Origin: an uncultured Elusimicrobiaceae bacterium
GTDB taxonomy: Bacteria; Elusimicrobiota; Elusimicrobia; Elusimicrobiales; UBA9959
Assembly (NCBI GenBank): GCA_964622585.1
Contig: CAZUQT010000001.1
Coordinates: forward strand, 1-59,285
Length of the DNA stretch: 59,285 nucleotides
Direction: 5' to 3'
A program made the translations under genes and the position numbers. Positions 45,401 through 51,400 of the stretch are shown in pieces. The notes under the pieces are model-generated. The model did not search any database, was not told the DNA's origin, and saw only the letters and a list, made by a program, of their open reading frames with translations. How positions within the stretch are numbered: the first letter of the stretch is position 1; each line of letters starts with the position of its first letter.

Positions 45401-48400
45401 ACCATCGACGACATATCCACCGTGAACTGCGTCTGCATATTCCCAGCGGTGTCCGAAGAACGCACCAGCACCAGGTAGTTGAACCCCGACGCGAAGGCGG
45501 TATCCAGGCCGGCCGGCGCGTATATCCAGCTTGTGGCGTCTGGAGAAAGGAAACCGTTCGCCCCGTTCACCGTTATCCAGTTAGGATTGTCTCCCGTGAT
45601 ATTAAAACTGGTCCCGTCATACCAGAATTGCGTGGGGCTGTATTTGCGCACGGCTATCTGCACGCTCTTATTCGATAAAGCGTCAAAAGCCGTTCCGGAA
45701 ATAGAGGGCAGGGAACGCAGGCCGTTCTTATTAGCGTCCCGCGGCACGACTATTCTCGCCGAAGGAGGCGTTTTGTCGTAAGTAATGCTGACGCCTACGC
45801 CGGGCGGGATATCGGCCTCGAGAGGCTGGCCGGTATTGGGGCCGTATTCCCGGTTCTGCGCCAGGTCATAAGACCATATGACCAGCTTGTACGTTACGCC
45901 TTCGTTGGCGTCATTGTCCATAGCGGCCTTCAGCGCGGCCGGCAGGGTGTATCTGAAATTGGTGGGGTAACCGCCGGCGCCGGTATCGTTATAAACCTCG
46001 TACCATACGGGGTCCGTGCCGCCGAAATCGACAGTGGCCTGTTTCCACCAGCCCGCGGGGGCCGTCACTCTTTTTATGGCCACGTTTACCGTATAAGTGC
46101 CCAATTTCGACTCGAAGCTCTTCACGCCGTAACGTTCGTCCGAGGCGGTGCCGTAGAGCTGGGCGAAACCTGTGGTAGTTCCGGCCAGGGGGTAGGTAAC
46201 GGTGGCGGTCGGCTTGTCTATATCGTAGGCGAAAACGCGCTGGGAGACGGAGGAACGGTTCCCGGCGAAGTCCTCCGACCTGACCTCTACCCTGTATTGC
46301 TTGTCGTTGGAGAAATTAAGCGTGGCGTCATTGTACGCCCAGCTGGCCAGTGTTCCGCCGTTCGCTCCCAGCCATTTGGGGCAGCCGCCGTAACCGCCCG
46401 CCCCGTTATAACAGGTCCCGCCGGCTATATCGGTTATCTGCACGGTAACCGTGCTTACCAGCGAATAAGGAGAGACCTGCCCCGGCTGGCTTGAAGCGCC
46501 GGCCAGCGGAGTAGAAACGCTCACCTGGGAATAAACGACGCTGTCGAGCGGATAAGACAATGAAGCCGCCGGCGGCGTAATGTCATACGTAAATATATAG
46601 GTGGAAAAAACGGCGGAGTAGTTTCCGGCGTGATCGAGCGCCCTCGCCGACACGGTATAGATAGCGTCGTCCCTGAGCATGCCCGGGTCCACTGTATAGT
46701 ACCAGGAGGCCGGCCAGACCAGGCCGGCCGTATTCCAGGTCCCGGCCGCCGACGTCCACGCCGAACCGTTCCAGTACTTTGTCCCGTCAACGCCTGTAGT
46801 TGAGATGCGGACCTCCGTCCATTTATGGCCGGCCAGGTTCGCGGAGGCGGTTCCGCCTATGCCGGGGATATAATTTAAAGCCTGCACGGCTGGGGTATCT
46901 ATGCCGACGGTCGGCGGCGTATTATCCACTATGAATTTCTTGGTAACGTAAGGGGCCTGCTCCCAGTTGCCGTCGCCGGTGCCGTCCGCCAGCCGCGTGG
47001 CGTCTTTGGATTTCACTTCAAGGGCGTACTCTTTGTCTCCGGCCGGCCAGGTGATATCCGGGGTGTACAGCCAGGCCCCGGCCCCGGATGCGTTCTGCCA
47101 TGCCGCCGCCCCGGCGGCCGTTCCGGAACTGAAAGACGCTCCGGTCCAGTAGTATGTGTCCCCTGCATTCAGATATGTAAGTTTTATCCGGGTGCCCAGA
47201 CTATCCACGCCCACGCCCGCGCCGTCAGTGGCGTTCCCGTAGAACCTTGTGCCCCCCAGGGATTGGCCTATATTGGCCGGGGTGTACCTGCCGCTTGTCC
47301 CGTCGCCGTCGTCCACGGGCAGCGTGACGGAAGTTACCGGAGGTGTTTTATCCACGGTTATAACCATGGAAGAGATGTTAAGCGCCAGGTCCGTCTGCAG
47401 ATTACCGGCCACGTCGGTGGAACGCACCAGTAACAGATATTTGGTAACGCCGGTGAATTTTGCATCCAGAGCCGCCGGGGCCAGCATCCAGCTGGTGGCG
47501 TCGGCGGACAGGTAACCGCTGGTATTGCCCTTCAGATCTATCCATACCGGGGCCGCGCCGACCACGTTAAAGCCGGCGCCGTCGAACCACAACTGCGGGC
47601 TGCCCCATTGCTGTATCGCCACTTGCACGTTTTCGTTCCTGCCGTTGTCCAGGGCCGTGCCGGAAATAGCGGGGATGGAATTTATGCCGGCGAGTCCGGG
47701 GGCCGGGACCACTATCCTGGCCGTTGGGGACGCCGTGTCTATGGTAAAAGAAAGCGGGGTAGTAAGTTTTATCCGGCCGGCTTTATCCGTAATGCGGACC
47801 TGCGCCTCATAAGTTTTGCTGTTCTCCCAGACGGGGACCCCGTTATAGGTCCAGGGTTCAAGGTTTGAGTTGAAAGCGCCGTCGTCGGCCGTGACCGCAA
47901 GCCAGATAGGCGGCCCGTTTATCCAGGTACTCCCGTTCCAGAACGAGCTCTGCGCCGCGGTGGAAACGGCCACCTCAACCACATTCACCAGACCCACGCC
48001 GATATCAGTGGCTGTACCGTAAATTTTAGGCACGCTTTTTTCATATATGGCGTTCGGTTCTATCAGGGTGGAACCGGGGTCGTCGCCGTCCACGTAAAAA
48101 TACCTCTGGGAAAAAGGCGTAATTTCCAGCGTGGAGCCGGAAGCCGCCCTTGACTGCACGCTGAACCTGTTGGTCCCTGCCGGCCAGATCCCGGCCACGC
48201 TTTTCGCCCAGCTAAGGTCGTTGGTCCCGAAGAAGCCGCAGGTTGACTGGTTCACCACGTATGTGGTATCCGCGCAACCGGCCAGATAGGTCACGGTGGA
48301 GACCCAGGCGGGAACCCAAGCCGCGTCCCATAAAGTGCAGGAACCCGCGAGATAAGTCAAACATTTCGCGGTCACCCAGACCATATCGGGGTCCGCGGTT

Positions 48401-51400
48401 TCGTTTATTATCCTTATCTGCCCGGTGGTCGCCGCCGCGAGCGTTCCGTTTATCACGGCCAGGTCCGGTTTGTAATAAGGGGAGCCGGCCGGCGGATTTA
48501 AAATAACCGAAACGGGCGACGGGACTATCTTCTGTATCTCGATATAAGAAGATTGCGCCGGCGGCGAAGTCACCCCGGCTTGCCCGGGGAAAGCGTTCTT
48601 ATTACCCACCGCGTCGGTGGTCCTGACAAATATCCGGTACTTCTGATTATCGGTAAGGACCGGGATGCTGGAGGCTGAAACGGTCCAGTTCACGGGGGTA
48701 GCGGTATCGGTGGAAGCGTCCACATAAGCGGCCTCCGGCGGCGGGTTTATCCCGTCGCCCAGGTTGAAAGTCCCGGCCGTAAGAGGGTCCCACCATTGCC
48801 CGCTGGTAATACTGTAGAAAGCCGCCTGCACTTTCTGTATCCGCGTATTGGTGTCGTTAGCAGTGCCGGAAACGGAGGTGAGCAGATAGATGCTGTATGT
48901 GTTTGGAACCTGCACCAGGGCGGTCGGCACCGTTTTATCGGCCCTGATCGTGATCTGGTTCCTGCCGGCCTGAAAAACCGACTCTTCATTGGACTTTAAG
49001 GCGTTTACGGCGTCAAGCGCATTATCGAAGCTCTTTATCTTCACCCTGTAAGGCCTGCCGTCCTGCATCGCGGCGTAAAGCGTGGAAGTGTTGTAGGAAT
49101 AAGTGCTGTCGGCCACCAGGTTCATGTCCTTCCAGGTCGTGACAGTGTTGCAAACACCGGAGAAATCCGTGCCGTTCCAGCAGTTAAGCGTAACCTCGTC
49201 CCTCACCTCGGTCTGCATCTTGTTTATTGAGCCGCCGGAGGCCAGGCCCGCCAGCGGCAGGTCCAGGGCGGTTCCCTTTATGAAGTCCAGCGTGTACCCG
49301 GCATTGGAACTGTACCAGGCGCTGTCGGACGGCGTTGTTATGGTGGAGGTGGGAGGCTGCACTTCGTATTTGAAAGACTTCTTCAAAGTCGTGGACGAGC
49401 CTATGTTCCTGTAGCTTGTATCGGGCAGGTCCACATTATCCTGCGACCAGGCGTACACCTTGAATTCCTCGGCGGTAGGCACCCCGGTCCAGAAACCGCC
49501 CATGGCCTGGTGCACCCAGTCGGCCGCCGGGGACTGGCAGGAGTCGTTCCTGCCCGCCTGCCAGCCGTTGACGGTGCCGTTCCACCATAAAAGGTCGGAC
49601 TGCCTTTGTATGCCTATGCAGGTCATGTTCAGACCCGCCTGCCTGGTGGTATCCGGCATGTCCTTCGCCGTTCCCGAGATATTGGTAAGGGCCGTATCGG
49701 AATAAGTCGCTCCCTGCGTTGGGTTTAAAACCACGGTGTCGGGCGCCGTAGCGTCGTATTTAAAGACCACCGTGGAATAAACCGTGGAATAATTACCCGC
49801 CTTGTCCACGTCCCTGCCGACATAAGTGTATTGTTCTCCGGAGAGCCAGGCTATGTTGGAGGACTGCCACGTCTCGTACGGGACCGTGGTGGTGGTCCCG
49901 GCCACGTTCCAGATGCTTCCGGTCTGGTCTATCCAGGAGGAAGAGACCTTGTTCCACTTGGCAAGCGGCGGGTGCTCCAGCGTGTATTCCACCGAATTCA
50001 CTTTCGAGAAACCGTCATTGGCGGTACCGAGCAGCCTGGTCAAGGAATTAAGACCGTAATTCCCGCCCGCCGCCGGGAAATTTATCCGCACCGTGGGGAC
50101 CTCGCTGTCGTACAGGAAATAGCCGCTCGTGGCCGGGGACAGCGCCGTGCCGGTGGAATTGCCGGCGGCGTCGTCGGCGTAAACCTTGACGTTATACCAG
50201 AACCCGTTCTGCCAGTTGGTCGATACGCCGACGCTGAAAGAGGAAGGGTCCGAAGAGGGGGCGTACTGCGCGGAAGCGAAAACAGGGGACCCGGCGCAGT
50301 TGGTTCCCCACTTATCGGCGCCGCCCTGTTCGTAAACGCAGTAATAAACGCGCCTCGTGCCTATGACATTATCCACCACATTGTCCGCCAGGGAGCCCTG
50401 TAAAAAGTTAAACGCGCTCCTCCACACATTGGACGGATCGCCCTGCGAAACGGGCGCGTTCGGCATCAGCGCCTCCGGCACGCTTACCGTGATAGTGGGC
50501 GCGGTGACATCGTAGTAAAAATCCCTGGAGAGACCCAGCGTCTCGGGGTTGAATTTATCCGAGGCGCGCGGTTGTATCCTGTATTTCCTGCCGTCTATCC
50601 AGGCCGGGAGCTTGGGATGGGAGATATCGTCCGGCGCCGCTTTCACTATAAAACCCAGGGATTTATCCACGCATTCGTCGCCGCAGGTAAAATTAGTGAG
50701 CGCGCCGGGAGGTGAAGGCAGTTTCACCAGATAATACCAGGTATCCGAGGCCAGGAAACCGGTGGCGTCATAGCCGGTCCAGTAAGTATCGTCGTTGCCC
50801 GTGCCCTCCCCTATGGTTCCGTTGGGGCCGGCGTTTATCAGCCGCATCTGCGCGCTTTTCAGGCCCACGCCGGCGTCCGCGGCCGTACCCTGTATGGCCG
50901 CAAGGGAGTTGACGCTTGAATTCGGCGCCGGGACGGTGAAATTCAGGCCCGGCCCCGATTTATCTATCTTGAAAGTCACGGCGCTTGAAGGGTTGCCGAA
51001 GCCCCTGTCGTTCGTCTTGCCCCTGCTTACAAGGGTATAACTGCCGCCGTCCGCCTGGGCCGCCGCGTTGTTAGGCCAGGCCATGTTCGTCCACGCCGTT
51101 ATGCCGCTTGTGACCTGCAGCCACTGTTCCCCGGAAACAGCCGGGTCCACATAGTTTACGCTGTCCCACTGCCAGCCGTCCGCGCGGGTGATCCTCATCT
51201 GCGGCGCTATATTGCTCTGCCCGGCCGCCGGCGCAAAACCGGAGATGCCCGTGATCTGGGCTATACCGCTGGAATACATTACAGGCTCCACCGGGTAAGA
51301 CAAGTCCGATGTGGGCACGGTTATGGTGGCGGCCCCGGTTTTAAAACCGTCGCGGCCGTCCCAGTTGGAAACGACCATGTTCATAGGCCCGGCCGCTACG

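Noticed and set aside
26010-51312. Regularly spaced repeats as a CRISPR array or satellite DNA
   Set aside because: The repeats are in-frame protein modules of 330-450 nt with only ~75% or lower nucleotide identity. There are no short identical direct repeats with unique spacers and no cas genes.
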